NCBI GenBank assembly: GCA_963727525.1
Contig: CAVSGO010000007.1
Span: forward strand, 1,280,001 to 1,344,000
Source of the DNA: an uncultured bacterium
GTDB taxonomy: Bacteria > Krumholzibacteriota > Krumholzibacteriia > LZORAL124-64-63
Reading direction: 5' to 3'
Length of the DNA: 64,000 bases
Below, piece by piece: positions 47,301-56,716 of this stretch (the first letter of the stretch is position 1; every line of letters begins with the position of its first letter). Under the pieces are notes generated by a model that had not been told where the DNA came from, made no database searches, and worked only from the letters and a program-made list of their open reading frames with translations. Position numbers and translations under genes: made by a program.

Positions 47301-47661
47301 TGACCTGGCTGGGATGGTTGTGGCTCTCGTGGGCAATGACGATGCCCCAGCGCCGACCGTCGTGCTCGCCGAAGTCGACCACCCCGGCATCCTCAACAGG
47401 GCCGATGACGACGTTGGCGGCCCGGCTGGGCAGGTTCGCCTTGAGATGCGGCCGGCTGCTCTTGTAGGAGCAGTGTTCACTCCACATGGTGTCGAAGAGG
47501 GTCATCTCGCAGAGTGTCGGCTCGCGTCCGATCAGCTCGGCTACCCGACGCGCCTCGGCGGAGCTCAGGGTGAGTCCGCGCGCGCGCAACCAGGTGCGCA
47601 GGGTGTCGTCGTCGGATGCAAAGACCGGTACGGGGGCGAAACTCTCGTCGTGCGGCGCCAC
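44383..47661 (-). CDS. purL: FGAM synthase: small-type PurL fused to PurQ glutaminase
   Basis: MWSEHCSYKSS, ESHNHPS, GAATGIGG, DLGAGG, SETQER, DCLNYGNPE, HDISDGG; then PGGFSY.D, GICNG, AHAEG, MPHPER. Confidence 0.95.
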   Translation of the reverse strand: MAPHDESFAPVPVFASDDDTLRTWLRARGLTLSSAEARRVAELIGREPTLCEMTLFDTMWSEHCSYKSSRPHLKANLPSRAANVVIGPVEDAGVVDFGEHDGRRWGIVIAHESHNHPSQVMPVEGAATGIGGIVRDVYCMGAEVIGVLDPLRFGWPLAESADDHGAAHRLDIAREVVNGIWEYGNALGVPNLGGDVVFHPSFDENCLVNVVALGLVDQARITHSAVPSQANDEPYDLILVGKPTDWSGMGGAAFASATLDAAAATENKGSVQTPDPFLKRILSVANRAVLDLAAAEQVTIGFKDLGAGGIACVTSELCDAGGFGCDVDLAHVHVAPGDVPARVIACSETQERYGLAVPARFTERVLAIYNEDFALPDLYDGACARRIGRVTAETRYVLRLGDQMLCDAPVATITEGIRYDRAAESPPRLEVPADARLPEAPESTIADEWQALMGHPNVASRECVFRHYDSEVQASTILRPGEADAGVTAPLPGCARAVAIAADGNPLLGLADPWTAGAMAVIEACRNVVCVGGEPAAITDCLNYGNPEEPRAMGAFVEGVRGIGDACRGLGRLSAPGEPLPVVSGNVSFYNQSASGRSVAPSPIVACVGVVDDAARCRSLRLKEAGDRLYLVGRPGADLGGSLYLDAGYKAGRPAVPPVDFGVVRAELDGVLSLVRAGIANAVHDISDGGLAVALAEMAIGLEGQMRRGASLTIPSDLDDLSLREILFNERGGFLLTAPAVAAPEVEKLLSFAGAPWWPLGAVTEQPTLDVTGPRGERVTVAVDALARAWQTGLPRLWGGEDAVRQVPEAARAMPAPAAESAPLINLGRRPRVAVVQLAGVNCEDESARALVHVGADAEIFRWTRSAAHLARFDGFLVPGGFSYQDRVRAGAVAAKDPLLSVLRDAASGGKPILGICNGCQVLVEAGIVPGIEPGAVEVALATNRVPGRRGYYSRWVNLAPAMGSRCAFVAGLDGEVPLPMAHAEGRFTHEDPAFFARLAAEGYVALRYRGFDGGAGGNPNGSLDDVAGLTNAGGNVLALMPHPERALLLAQVPEDLPSAWGSRRRLAAGRAESLRGAGPGMPLLRRLVELC

Positions 47662-47703
47662 GATCCCTCCCTGGACGGCGTAAGGGAGCCCGAAGTGGTC
47701 CCC

Positions 47704-47731
47704 AATGTAACGCCCCCGCAGGGGAATTCAA
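47704..47731 (-). promoter_or_regulatory. sigma70-like promoter of purLQ operon
   Basis: TTGAAT-N16-TACATT. Confidence 0.5.
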
Positions 47732-47757
47732 ACGGGGAAGGCGGCGGCCTTCCCCGT
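47732..47757 (-). terminator. hairpin terminator after the LVIVD gene
   Basis: ACGGGGAAGGC-N4-GCCTTCCCCGT with a short T run on the minus strand. Confidence 0.55.
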
Positions 47758-47780
47758 GAACGTCCGCGCGGAAACCGGAT

Positions 47781-50186
47781 TCAGCGCGTCAGGACCAGCC
47801 GCGCCGTCGTCGTGGTCCCGGCAGCGCGGAGACGCGCCAGGTAGAGGCCTGACGGCACCTGGCGCCCATCGTCGGCCCGTCCATCCCAGACCAGATCCTG
47901 TGCGCCGGCCGACCACACACCCGCAAAGAGGGCGCGGACGCGCCGGCCCTGCACATCGAAGATCGCCACCTCGGCCGGGCCCGCGGCGGGCACCGACAGG
48001 CGCAGGTGCGTGACGGGATTGAACGGATTGGGACAGGCCGTCAGGGAGGCTTGCGGCGGCACCACGGGCTGCGGTTCCGGCGCCGCCGTCAGCTCGCTGC
48101 AATCGTGTGGCAGCACGGCGCCGGTGACGACGATCACCCCGCCGCGCCAGCGGACATCATTGGCGGCCAGGCCGCCCCCGCCCCGCAGCAGGGGACGGGC
48201 GGGGTCGCTGATATCCACGGCCTTCACGCCCAGAGCGCCGCACGCGACGTAGGCCACGCCATCGCCCAGCATGACCCGCCGCGCCTCGATCGGCACGCTG
48301 CACGGCAGGCCGACCAGGGCAGGCGCCGTAGGATCTTGGAGATCGACGGCCAGCAACTCGTCACCCGAGCGGAGCAGCCACGCGAGGTCGCCCTGCACGG
48401 CCATGTCGATCACGGCGCCGAGTCCGGACAGCGTGCCGACGACCTGTACGGTCTGGGGATCGATCACGCGCAGGGTCCCCGCGCCCTCCACACCGATCAG
48501 CCGATCGCCGACGACCTGCTGGTCACTGAGGATGGAGCCCAGCGGCAGGCTGCCGACCACGAACGGCGCATCGGGATCGGAGGCGTCCACGATGTGCAGT
48601 TGTGTGGGCGCGAGCGCGCCGATCGCCAGACGCCGTCCGGGCAGGGCACAGAACCCGTACGACGTGGAGACATGGTCCAGGGGCAGGAATCCGCGTGTCA
48701 CCGGCGCGGCCGGATCGGACACGTCGAAGACCTCCACGCCCTCGACTGACGGGTACGTCTCGACCTCGCTCCCGATCGCCAGGAGCAGATCGCCACTGAA
48801 AACCGCGTCCCAGCGCACCGGCGCGATGCTCGCATGGGTCGCCGGCGTATGCGCATGGTCGGCGAGCGACCAGCTGGAACTCCCGAACATGTACGTCTCA
48901 CGCAGCACGAGAGCGCCGTCCACGGCCTTGATATGGGTGATGTTCGGGTACGCCAGTCCGTCGTTGCAGAAGGCGCTATCCACGACTGCGGGCTGGACCG
49001 GGTCGCGCAGATCCCAGACGTACTCCATGTATCCGGTGTCCGCGTACATGCCATGGGGCGTGAACGATTCGGCCCAGCCGTCGCCCCAGAGCCGCACCGA
49101 TTGACCCGACGCGTACGTCGCCAGCGCGGGCACCACCTCGGGTGGTCCTGCGGGGAGCGTCCTCAGGACCGGAGCATGCGCAGCCACGGCGATCGCTGCC
49201 GGCGTGATCGCCCCGGCCACGATCGTGGATCCGGCCGCCAGCGCGAGTTGCGGTTGCCAGGATTCGGGCCAGGCCAGCGGTGCTTCGGGCAACGCGAAGG
49301 CCAGACTCATGGACATGTCGTGCGCGAGGACGAGATCATCCGTCACGGCATCGACCCCGACCGACGTACCCCGCCACACCCCCAGAACACTGTCGGTGGG
49401 ATCGGGAACCGACAGGTCGACGAGCAGCAGGACCCAGGGGTCGGAACCGTCGACGCGATCGTCCTGCTTCTGGACCGGCAGCGACTCCATCACGGCAAGC
49501 ACGGCACGGTCGCCGACCACCCGCACACCAAAGTACATCGGCCAGTTGGCCGGGTTGCTCGCGGGGTGGTACTCGGCCACGACGACGGGTTGGACGGGGT
49601 CGGCCAGCGAGACATCGCAGAGGACCTCTTCCGTCGCCACGAGACAGTGGTCGGCGCCGTAGGCGGCCACGCCGTGGGCGAACATCAGGCCCTGCGTCGC
49701 GCTGCCCACGAGCGTGGGCGTATCGGGGGCGGCAACGTCGTACACGAGGAGACCGCTGGAGAATGTGATACCCAGGAGCAGGGAGCCGCCCAGGGCGAGG
49801 TCTTCCAGCGGAGCCGCGGTGGCGATGAGCGCGCCTGCCACCGGTTGGGCCGGATCGCTCACGTCGACCACCTGCAGGCCGCCGTCGACGAGCGCCACGA
49901 GCAGCCGGTCGCCCACGAGCTGGCACGCGGTCGCGCCGCCGCTGCGCGCGAGCTGACCGATCACATGCGGAGCATCGGGATCGGTCACATCGAAGACGGT
50001 GAGCGACGTGGCCGCGACGACCATGACCGTGTTGCCCTGCGCGGCGACGCACTCCGCGTCCGTCGGACTGGAGATGAGACCGGTGAATCCCGAGGTGTTG
50101 GCATAGGGGAAGCACGGCTGGGACAGGCCGGTGATGGGCGTCGCGGTCGCGGCCACGACCAGTACGGCGACGAAAATGGCTCGCAT
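47781..50186 (-). CDS. secreted LVIVD-repeat beta-propeller protein with C-terminal FlgD Ig-like domain
   Basis: Signal peptide; many LQVVDVSDP..P repeats; C-terminal PNPFNP..IFDV.GRRV..WDGR...G..VPSG.Y. Confidence 0.88.
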   Translation of the reverse strand: MRAIFVAVLVVAATATPITGLSQPCFPYANTSGFTGLISSPTDAECVAAQGNTVMVVAATSLTVFDVTDPDAPHVIGQLARSGGATACQLVGDRLLVALVDGGLQVVDVSDPAQPVAGALIATAAPLEDLALGGSLLLGITFSSGLLVYDVAAPDTPTLVGSATQGLMFAHGVAAYGADHCLVATEEVLCDVSLADPVQPVVVAEYHPASNPANWPMYFGVRVVGDRAVLAVMESLPVQKQDDRVDGSDPWVLLLVDLSVPDPTDSVLGVWRGTSVGVDAVTDDLVLAHDMSMSLAFALPEAPLAWPESWQPQLALAAGSTIVAGAITPAAIAVAAHAPVLRTLPAGPPEVVPALATYASGQSVRLWGDGWAESFTPHGMYADTGYMEYVWDLRDPVQPAVVDSAFCNDGLAYPNITHIKAVDGALVLRETYMFGSSSWSLADHAHTPATHASIAPVRWDAVFSGDLLLAIGSEVETYPSVEGVEVFDVSDPAAPVTRGFLPLDHVSTSYGFCALPGRRLAIGALAPTQLHIVDASDPDAPFVVGSLPLGSILSDQQVVGDRLIGVEGAGTLRVIDPQTVQVVGTLSGLGAVIDMAVQGDLAWLLRSGDELLAVDLQDPTAPALVGLPCSVPIEARRVMLGDGVAYVACGALGVKAVDISDPARPLLRGGGGLAANDVRWRGGVIVVTGAVLPHDCSELTAAPEPQPVVPPQASLTACPNPFNPVTHLRLSVPAAGPAEVAIFDVQGRRVRALFAGVWSAGAQDLVWDGRADDGRQVPSGLYLARLRAAGTTTTARLVLTR

Positions 50187-50275
50187 GGCGGCACCCCCGA
50201 GCTGGGCCCTTTCGAAATCACGGTATCAAGATCGTACCACGCGGGGGCGCCGACGTCACGCTCGGTGATATCTCG

Positions 50276-50719
50276 TCAACGGGAGCCCTGGCCGGCCCAG
50301 TCGAGCAGCGTCTGCTTCTGCTGCGCGTCGAGACGCGCCTCGGGATGGCCGAGGCGGTAGCTGCGCAGGGGCATCTTGTTCTTCTCGATCTGGTGGGCGA
50401 TGTCACCCATGGCATCGCGCTGCGCTGCGAAGTCGAGTACCGGCCACTCGGTGAAGTTGAGATCCTTGCGCCCCTCGTCCACGTGATCGACGAGCCACCA
50501 CGAGATCGGCGCCATGTGGCTGTACCAGGGCCAGCGTGTGAGGTTGGAATGGCAGTCGTAGCACGCGGCGCGCAGGATCGTCATCACCGGCACGGGCGCG
50601 TGGATCTCGGAGGTCACCGGAGGATTCGTCCGCGCCACGGGCACGAGCTGGATGGCGAGAAGGAGCACGGCCAGGATGACCGTGCTCCCGATGACGGGGC
50701 GTTTCCCGATCCGTCGCAC
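50276..50719 (-). CDS. heme-binding domain protein (monoheme cytochrome c, Haem_bd)
   Basis: ACYDCHSN.T.WPWYS, EGR..LNF.EW, MP..Y...HP. Confidence 0.9.
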   Translation of the reverse strand: MRRIGKRPVIGSTVILAVLLLAIQLVPVARTNPPVTSEIHAPVPVMTILRAACYDCHSNLTRWPWYSHMAPISWWLVDHVDEGRKDLNFTEWPVLDFAAQRDAMGDIAHQIEKNKMPLRSYRLGHPEARLDAQQKQTLLDWAGQGSR

Positions 50720-50731
50720 GAGTTGCGGCCC

Positions 50732-51469
50732 CTACTCGCCGAGCTGCTTGCGCATCTGCTGCGCCGCGCGGCTCTGCGGATCGATCGTCAGCGCCTTGTC
50801 CAGGCTGGCCGTCGCGCCGGCCTGGTCGCCGCTCGCGAGCTGGAGCTGGGCCTTCATCACGTAGGCCTCGGCGTCCTGCGGATTCATCTCGATGTTCAGA
50901 TCCACGACCTTGGTCGCGCCCGCCATGTCGCCCTGCTTCTGTGCCAGGGTCTCGGCGACCGTACCGAGCGTCTCGGGGCTGAAGTCGTACGAGCCGCTGC
51001 CGTAGTACTGATCGCGCAGCTCGCGGTACTTCGCGATCGCCGCGTCGACGCCGTCCTTCCCCGCCACCCGCACCATCACCTGGTCGAGGGTAGCCGGATC
51101 GGTGAGACCCCGGTGGCAGGTCACGCAGGAGATCTGCACATCGTCCTCACCAGTGGCCTGCGGCAGCAGCTGCGCGTTGAGCGTATGCGCCATCTTCATC
51201 ATCTCGCGGGCGACCTTCTTGTGCGCGAGCTCGTCGCTGGCCCAGTCGATCGTGCTGTGATCGCCCGGCACCTTCTCGACGTGGCAATAGGTGCAGCGCA
51301 CGCCGAGAGCCCCGGAGACGTTGCGCATGGCGCCGATGAGTTCCTGCTTGCCCGTGTCCTTGGGGAAGACCTGCAGGTTGGTGAACTTGTCCGGCACCTG
51401 CGCCGAGGCGGCGGTGGCCAGGATCGCGCCGACCAGCGCGAGCAGGCCGAGCACAACGAGTCGTTTCAT
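50732..51469 (-). CDS. diheme c-type cytochrome (PufC-like domain) with C-terminal TPR
   Basis: Signal peptide, NLQVFP, M...S.ALGVRCTYCH, AREMM.M, CVTCHRG, TPR-like tail. Confidence 0.85.
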   Translation of the reverse strand: MKRLVVLGLLALVGAILATAASAQVPDKFTNLQVFPKDTGKQELIGAMRNVSGALGVRCTYCHVEKVPGDHSTIDWASDELAHKKVAREMMKMAHTLNAQLLPQATGEDDVQISCVTCHRGLTDPATLDQVMVRVAGKDGVDAAIAKYRELRDQYYGSGSYDFSPETLGTVAETLAQKQGDMAGATKVVDLNIEMNPQDAEAYVMKAQLQLASGDQAGATASLDKALTIDPQSRAAQQMRKQLGE

Positions 51470-51538
51470 GGTCGCTCCGTTTCGTCGATAAAATGTCGCC
51501 AGAATCGCGGACATGGTACCCCGGGTCGCGCGCGACGG

Positions 51539-52411
51539 CTACACGTCGACGCCGAGCAGATGTTTGACCACCACGCCGATCCCGAACGACAGCGCCGCCA
51601 CCCCCAGGCTGATGCTCACCATCTCACCGAATCGGACCCAGAAGCTCAGATCCTTGGCGACGGCCAGGTAGAACGCGAAGACCAGGATGATGAGGATGGC
51701 CGCGCCGAGAGCCAGCGCGAGGCACACGACGTAATTCTCGATCAACAGGTACGGCAGCGTCATCAGGAAGACGGTGACGATGTACGCTATCCCGGTGTAG
51801 AAGCTCGACTTGAGTGGATTGGCGCCCCCCTCCGCGCGCGTGGACAGGTACTCGCTCGCCGCCATCGACATGGCGGCCGCGATCCCCGTCACCAGACCCG
51901 AGAGGGCGATGAGCCGCGTGTTCTGCAGGGCGAAAGTGAGGCCGGCGAGCACGCCCGTCAGTTCCACGAGCGCATCGTTGAGCCCGAGCACCACCGAGCC
52001 GACGTAGGTGAGGCGTTCGTCGTCGAGCATGCTGAGGAGGCGATCCTCGTGCTCCTCCTCCTCCTTGCGAATGTCCTGGATGTCCGGGAAAGCCGCCTCC
52101 AGCTCGCGGTAGCTCGCCTGTGCGCGTTCCTCGGCCTTCTCCATGAGCTTGACGCCGAACGTCAGCCCGAAGAGGCGGGCCACCAGCACGATGAAGCTCA
52201 CCTGCCAGTGGTTGGGGCGCAGCTTGCGGCCGGTGAGGCGGGCGAAGGTCTGGTTGTGCTCCAGCTCATCCTCCGCGATGCGCTCGAGGATGCGCCGGTT
52301 CTCGGGATTGCGCTCGATGCGCGCGAGTTGACGATATACCTGACACTCGGTGATCTCGTCGCGCTGGGCGGTGAGCAGCTTGCGCCGCAGCGCGGGGTCG
52401 ATCGCGGCCAT
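51539..52411 (-). CDS. rubrerythrin-VIT1/CCC1 fusion metal transporter
   Basis: N-terminal E..H di-iron motifs; VLGLNDALVE, AAMSMAASEYLS. Confidence 0.9.
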   Translation of the reverse strand: MAAIDPALRRKLLTAQRDEITECQVYRQLARIERNPENRRILERIAEDELEHNQTFARLTGRKLRPNHWQVSFIVLVARLFGLTFGVKLMEKAEERAQASYRELEAAFPDIQDIRKEEEEHEDRLLSMLDDERLTYVGSVVLGLNDALVELTGVLAGLTFALQNTRLIALSGLVTGIAAAMSMAASEYLSTRAEGGANPLKSSFYTGIAYIVTVFLMTLPYLLIENYVVCLALALGAAILIILVFAFYLAVAKDLSFWVRFGEMVSISLGVAALSFGIGVVVKHLLGVDV

Positions 52412-52414
52412 CGG

Positions 52415-53719
52415 TCACGCGCCCTTCATGGCCAGGGTCCGGGTGAAGATCTGTGGCACGTGACGGAGCTGATGCTGCAGATCGAAGCAGCGTTCGATCG
52501 TCGCGGCGTCGAGGTGGCGGCTCACGTCGGGATCCGCCGCCAGGGCCTCCCGCAGGCTCACGTCCTCGTTCCATACCCGCATCGATGCGCGCTGCACCCA
52601 CAGGTAGGCGTCCTCGCGGGTCACGCCGGTCTCGGTGAGCGCCAGCAGCACGGCCTGGCTGAAGTACATGCCCCGCACCTTGTCCATGTTGGTGCGCATC
52701 TGTTCCGGATACACCACGAGCCCGCCGATGAGCCACGTCATCTTGCGCAGCATGTAATGGAGCAGATGGCAGGCGTCGGGAAAGATGATGCGCTCCGTGG
52801 AGCTGTGGCTGATGTCGCGCTCGTGCCACAACGCCACGTTCTCCAGACCGGTGTGCGCGTAGCCGCGCAGCAAGCGCGCCATGCCGGTGATGCGCTCGCT
52901 CACGATGGGGTTCTTCTTGTGGGGCATGGCGCTGCTGCCCTTCTGCCCCTTGGCGAACGGTTCCTCCACCTCGTGCACGTCGGTGCGCTGGAGGTTGCGG
53001 ATCTCCACGGCCACCTGCTCGAGCGTGGCGCCCGCCAGAGCCAGAGCGCACAGGAATGCGGCGTGGCGGTCGCGCTGCAGCACCTGCGTGGTCGCGGTGG
53101 CCGAGCCCAGGCCGAGGCGCCGGCACACCTCGTCCTGCACCGCGGGCTCGAGGTGCGCGTGCGTACCCACGGCGCCCGAAATCAACCCATAGCTGCACTC
53201 GGCGATCGCCGCATCGAGGCGCTTGCGCGCCCGCAGCAGGGCCGACCAGTAGACGATCAACTTGAGCCCGAGGGTCGTGGGTTCGGCGTGGATGCCGTGG
53301 CTGCGGCCCATCATGACCGTGTCACGGTGCTCGCGCGCCTTCGCCTCGACGGCGTCCAGGAGTTCGGTGAGCGCTGTGCGCAACACCACGCCGGCGGCCT
53401 TGATCTGCAGGGCGAAGGTGGTGTCGAGCAGGTCGCTGCTCGTCATACCCTGGTGCACATAGCGCGACTCGGGCCCGACGTGTTCCGCAAGGTTGGTGAG
53501 GAAGGCGATGACGTCGTGCTGGACCGTGTTCTCGATCTCCAGCACCCTGGCGACCTCGAACCCGCCCTTCGCGCGGATGGCTTGCGCCGCCTCGCGTGGG
53601 ATCTCGCCCCGCGCCGCCCGCACCTCGCACACCACCGTCTCGATCTCCTGCCAGTGGCGGAAACGCGCCTCGTCCGACCAGATGGCCATCATTTCCGGGG
53701 TCTCGTAGCGGGGGATCAT
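52415..53719 (-). CDS. purB: adenylosuccinate lyase
   Basis: [49 protein letters not shown]. Confidence 0.97.
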   Translation of the reverse strand: MIPRYETPEMMAIWSDEARFRHWQEIETVVCEVRAARGEIPREAAQAIRAKGGFEVARVLEIENTVQHDVIAFLTNLAEHVGPESRYVHQGMTSSDLLDTTFALQIKAAGVVLRTALTELLDAVEAKAREHRDTVMMGRSHGIHAEPTTLGLKLIVYWSALLRARKRLDAAIAECSYGLISGAVGTHAHLEPAVQDEVCRRLGLGSATATTQVLQRDRHAAFLCALALAGATLEQVAVEIRNLQRTDVHEVEEPFAKGQKGSSAMPHKKNPIVSERITGMARLLRGYAHTGLENVALWHERDISHSSTERIIFPDACHLLHYMLRKMTWLIGGLVVYPEQMRTNMDKVRGMYFSQAVLLALTETGVTREDAYLWVQRASMRVWNEDVSLREALAADPDVSRHLDAATIERCFDLQHQLRHVPQIFTRTLAMKGA

Positions 53720-53774
53720 GCGGGCCTCCTGCCGGCGGCGTCCGGGGGTTTCGCGGGTTGCGGGATCGCCGGGT

Positions 53775-53803
53775 AGGATGCCCGAAAAATCGTGGCCCCG
53801 CAA
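53775..53803 (-). promoter_or_regulatory. possible purB promoter
   Basis: TTGCGG-N17-CATCCT. Confidence 0.4.
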
Positions 53804-53869
53804 GTGGCGGCTCACGATCCGTGGCGGCTCACGATCCGTGGCGGCTCACGATCCGTGGCGGTTCACGCT
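53804..53869. repeat. 17-bp tandem repeat x3 plus degenerate fourth copy (GTGGCGGCTCACGATCC)
   Basis: Exact copies start at 53804, 53821 and 53838; partial copy at 53855. Confidence 0.9.
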
Positions 53870-54837
53870 CCTAGATGCCGTCCGGTCACGAGATGCTGGG
53901 TCACGTACTCCGCCACGGCCTCGCGAACCGGCGTGATGGGCACATCGCACCCTGCCGCGCGTAGCTTCGCCATCTCCGCTTCCGTGAAGTACTGGTACTT
54001 GCCGGCCAGTTCCTGCGGCATGGGGACGTACACGATGTCGGGTTGGCGGTCGAGAGCGGCGAAGATGGCGCCGATGAGGGTGTTCCAGTCGGTGGCCTTC
54101 CCCGTGCCGACGTTGAAGACGCCGTTGGTCTCGGGATGATCGAGGCACCACAGCGTCATGGCCGCGGCATCCTGCACGGAGACGAAGTCGCGCATCTGAC
54201 CGCCGTCGGCGTATTCCGGCCGGTCGCTCTTGAAGAGACTCACACTGCCGGTGTCGCGGATCTGCTCGTAGCCCTTGCATACCATCGAGCGCATATCGCC
54301 CTTGTGCCACTCGTTGGGACCGTACACGTTGAAATACTTCAGGCACACGATCGCATCGAGCAGACCGCTGCCCAGCGCCCAGAGGTCGAACTCCTGCTTC
54401 GAGCGCGCGTAGAGATTCAGCGGTTCGAGGTCGCGCAGGCGCGCATGGTCATCGCTGTACCCGCGGCTGCCGTCGCCGTAGGTGGCCGCGCTGCTCGCAT
54501 GCACGAAGCGCGCGCCGGCGTCGAGGGTGGCCCGGCACAGCACCTGCGAGTAGTTGAGGTTGTTGCGCTGCAGGTAGCCCCAATCGGTCTCGGTGGTCGA
54601 GGAGCAAGCGCCCATGTGCAGCACGCCGCGCAACACGTCCTCGTACTCGCCTCCCATCATCGCGTCGAGGAAGGCCATGTGCGGCTGGTAGCCACGCGTG
54701 CGCAGCGGCGCCAGGTTGGCGCAGGCGCTGGCATCGGGGTGCACGTCGACGGCGAGGATGTCGTCCTCGCCGCGCTGGTTGAGGAGCCAGATCAACACGG
54801 AACCGATGAACCCGGCCGCTCCGGTGACGGCAATCAT
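53863..54837 (-). CDS. hldD: ADP-L-glycero-D-manno-heptose 6-epimerase
   Basis: TGAAGFIGS, H.GACSSTTE, ASSAATYG, PLN.Y..SK, YFNVYGPNE.HKG.M.S, KYQYFTEA. Confidence 0.95.
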   Translation of the reverse strand: MIAVTGAAGFIGSVLIWLLNQRGEDDILAVDVHPDASACANLAPLRTRGYQPHMAFLDAMMGGEYEDVLRGVLHMGACSSTTETDWGYLQRNNLNYSQVLCRATLDAGARFVHASSAATYGDGSRGYSDDHARLRDLEPLNLYARSKQEFDLWALGSGLLDAIVCLKYFNVYGPNEWHKGDMRSMVCKGYEQIRDTGSVSLFKSDRPEYADGGQMRDFVSVQDAAAMTLWCLDHPETNGVFNVGTGKATDWNTLIGAIFAALDRQPDIVYVPMPQELAGKYQYFTEAEMAKLRAAGCDVPITPVREAVAEYVTQHLVTGRHLGA

Positions 54838-56063
54838 GGGGCCTCCTTCAGTTCGATGATGCCATTGAAGGTCTTGCCGTCGCGTTCGGCCGTGAACGGC
54901 ACGTGATCACCGACGGTGGCCTCGTAGGTCACGCGCGTGACGGTATCGCGCGAGTCGAGTGTGACGCCGTTGATGGTGCGGATGATGTCGCCCTTGCGCA
55001 GACCCGCCTTCCAGGCCTGCGACCCGTCGGCGATCCGGTAGACGATGAAGCCGACCGGATCCTTCAGGTGCAGATTGCGGACGATGGTCGGCGAGAGCTG
55101 CAGTAGCGCCATGCCCCAGTCGACCTCGCGATAGTGGCCGAACTCGCGGATCTCCTCCAGCACCCAGTTCACGCGCTCGCTCGGTACCGCGAACCCGATG
55201 CCGATGCTGCCGCCCGTCTCGGTGAAGATGAAGGTGTTGATGCCGACGACGTCGCCCAGAGCATTCACGAGCGGCCCGCCGCTGTTGCCCGGATTGATGG
55301 CCGCATCGGTCTGGATCATGCCGAGATAGGCGGGACCATCCTCGTTCTGCCGCACGATGTCGCGATTCACCGCGCTGATCACGCCGACGGTCACGGTCGG
55401 TTGCGTGTCGGCCAGCAGGTCGCCGAAGGGAGAACCGATGGCGATCGCCCATTCGCCGATCTGCAGATCGCGACTGTCGGCGAGCTTGGCGACGGGCAGA
55501 TGATCGCCGTCGATCTTCAGCACCGCGAGGTCGAAGTGCCCCACGACATCGACCACATCGGCGTGGAACTCGCGACCGTCGGAGAGCGTGACGAGGATGT
55601 CCACCGGCGTGCCGATGACGTGGGCATTGGTCACCACGTAGCCGTCGGCGGAGACGATGACGCCCGAGCCATAGCTCTGCGTCTGCTGGACGAGCGGACG
55701 CCGCGGCGTGAAACCCGGGATGAAGCGATTGAAGAACTCCAACCGGGGATCGGTCACCGCGTGCTGCTGCGTCACGCTGATCGACACCACCGCCGGGGCC
55801 ACCTTGCGGGTGGCGAGCACGATGGCGTTGCGACGCGAGCCGGCTACGGGATCGTAGAATGACGGATTCGCGGCTGCCGTCGTACCTGGTGGCGCCACCG
55901 TAAGTGCCGTGTCCACCGCGGTCGGCGGAAACTCGGTGGCGGCCTGGTACGCCGGCGGGCCCGCGTTGCGGGCGCGAACCAGCAGGAGCAACGTGCCGGT
56001 GAGCGCTCCCAGCAGGAGCCCCATCACGATACCAGTCCAGATCGGCAACCGGGGTCCGCTCAT
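54834..56063 (-). CDS. HtrA/DegQ-type trypsin-like serine protease with PDZ
   Basis: [32 protein letters not shown], one PDZ domain. Confidence 0.93.
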   Translation of the reverse strand: MSGPRLPIWTGIVMGLLLGALTGTLLLLVRARNAGPPAYQAATEFPPTAVDTALTVAPPGTTAAANPSFYDPVAGSRRNAIVLATRKVAPAVVSISVTQQHAVTDPRLEFFNRFIPGFTPRRPLVQQTQSYGSGVIVSADGYVVTNAHVIGTPVDILVTLSDGREFHADVVDVVGHFDLAVLKIDGDHLPVAKLADSRDLQIGEWAIAIGSPFGDLLADTQPTVTVGVISAVNRDIVRQNEDGPAYLGMIQTDAAINPGNSGGPLVNALGDVVGINTFIFTETGGSIGIGFAVPSERVNWVLEEIREFGHYREVDWGMALLQLSPTIVRNLHLKDPVGFIVYRIADGSQAWKAGLRKGDIIRTINGVTLDSRDTVTRVTYEATVGDHVPFTAERDGKTFNGIIELKEAP

Positions 56064-56716
56064 CCACGCGCTCCCTGCAGCTTGTCCCAGTCGGCGAGGA
56101 ACTTGCTCAGGCCCTTGTCGGTGAGCGGATGCGCGACGAGTTGCTTGACCACGGACGGCGGAATGGTCGCGACGTCGGCGCCCATGAGAGCCGCCTGCAC
56201 GACATGCAGCGGATGGCGCACGCTGGCGACGAGGACCTCGGTCAGGAAATCGTAATTGCGATAGATGGTCACGATCTGCTCGATCAGCGCCATGCCGTCC
56301 TCGCTGACGTCGTCGAGGCGCCCGACGAAGGGCGACACGTAGGCGGCGCCAGCCTTCGCCACGAGCAGCGCCTGGCTGGCCGAGAAGACCAGGGTGGAAT
56401 TGACGGGGATGTCCTCGGCGGCGAGGGCTGCGATGGCCTTGAGCCCCTCGTAGGTGGTCGGGATCTTGACGACGATGTGATCATCGAGCTTCGCGAGGCG
56501 CTTGCCCTCGGCGATCATGCCCGCCGCCTCCGTGGCCACCACCTCGCCGCTCACCGGCCCCTGCGCCACGTCGCAGATCTCGCGCAGCAGCTGATCGGTG
56601 TCGGTGCGCCCTTCCTTGGCCATGAGGCTGGGGTTCGTGGTGACGCCATCGCACATTCCCATGGCTTTGACCTCGCGGATGGCCTCGAGATTCGCGGTGT
56701 CGATGAAGAACTTCAT
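56060..56716 (-). CDS. tal: transaldolase / fructose-6-phosphate aldolase
   Basis: [47 protein letters not shown]. Confidence 0.93.
   Translation of the reverse strand: MKFFIDTANLEAIREVKAMGMCDGVTTNPSLMAKEGRTDTDQLLREICDVAQGPVSGEVVATEAAGMIAEGKRLAKLDDHIVVKIPTTYEGLKAIAALAAEDIPVNSTLVFSASQALLVAKAGAAYVSPFVGRLDDVSEDGMALIEQIVTIYRNYDFLTEVLVASVRHPLHVVQAALMGADVATIPPSVVKQLVAHPLTDKGLSKFLADWDKLQGARG

Noticed and set aside
50732-51469. PufC-like cytochrome as evidence of phototrophy
   Set aside because: Only two heme motifs plus a TPR, and no puf or bch genes nearby; such domains occur in non-phototrophs
50345-53776. 1143-aa plus-strand ORF and similar long ORFs (e.g. 22003-24327, 45610-47844, 13630-15585)
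   Set aside because: Antisense or alternative-frame shadows of real genes in high-GC DNA, with no recognisable motifs
53804-53869. Possible CRISPR array
   Set aside because: Units are contiguous 17-mers with no spacers, and no cas genes are present
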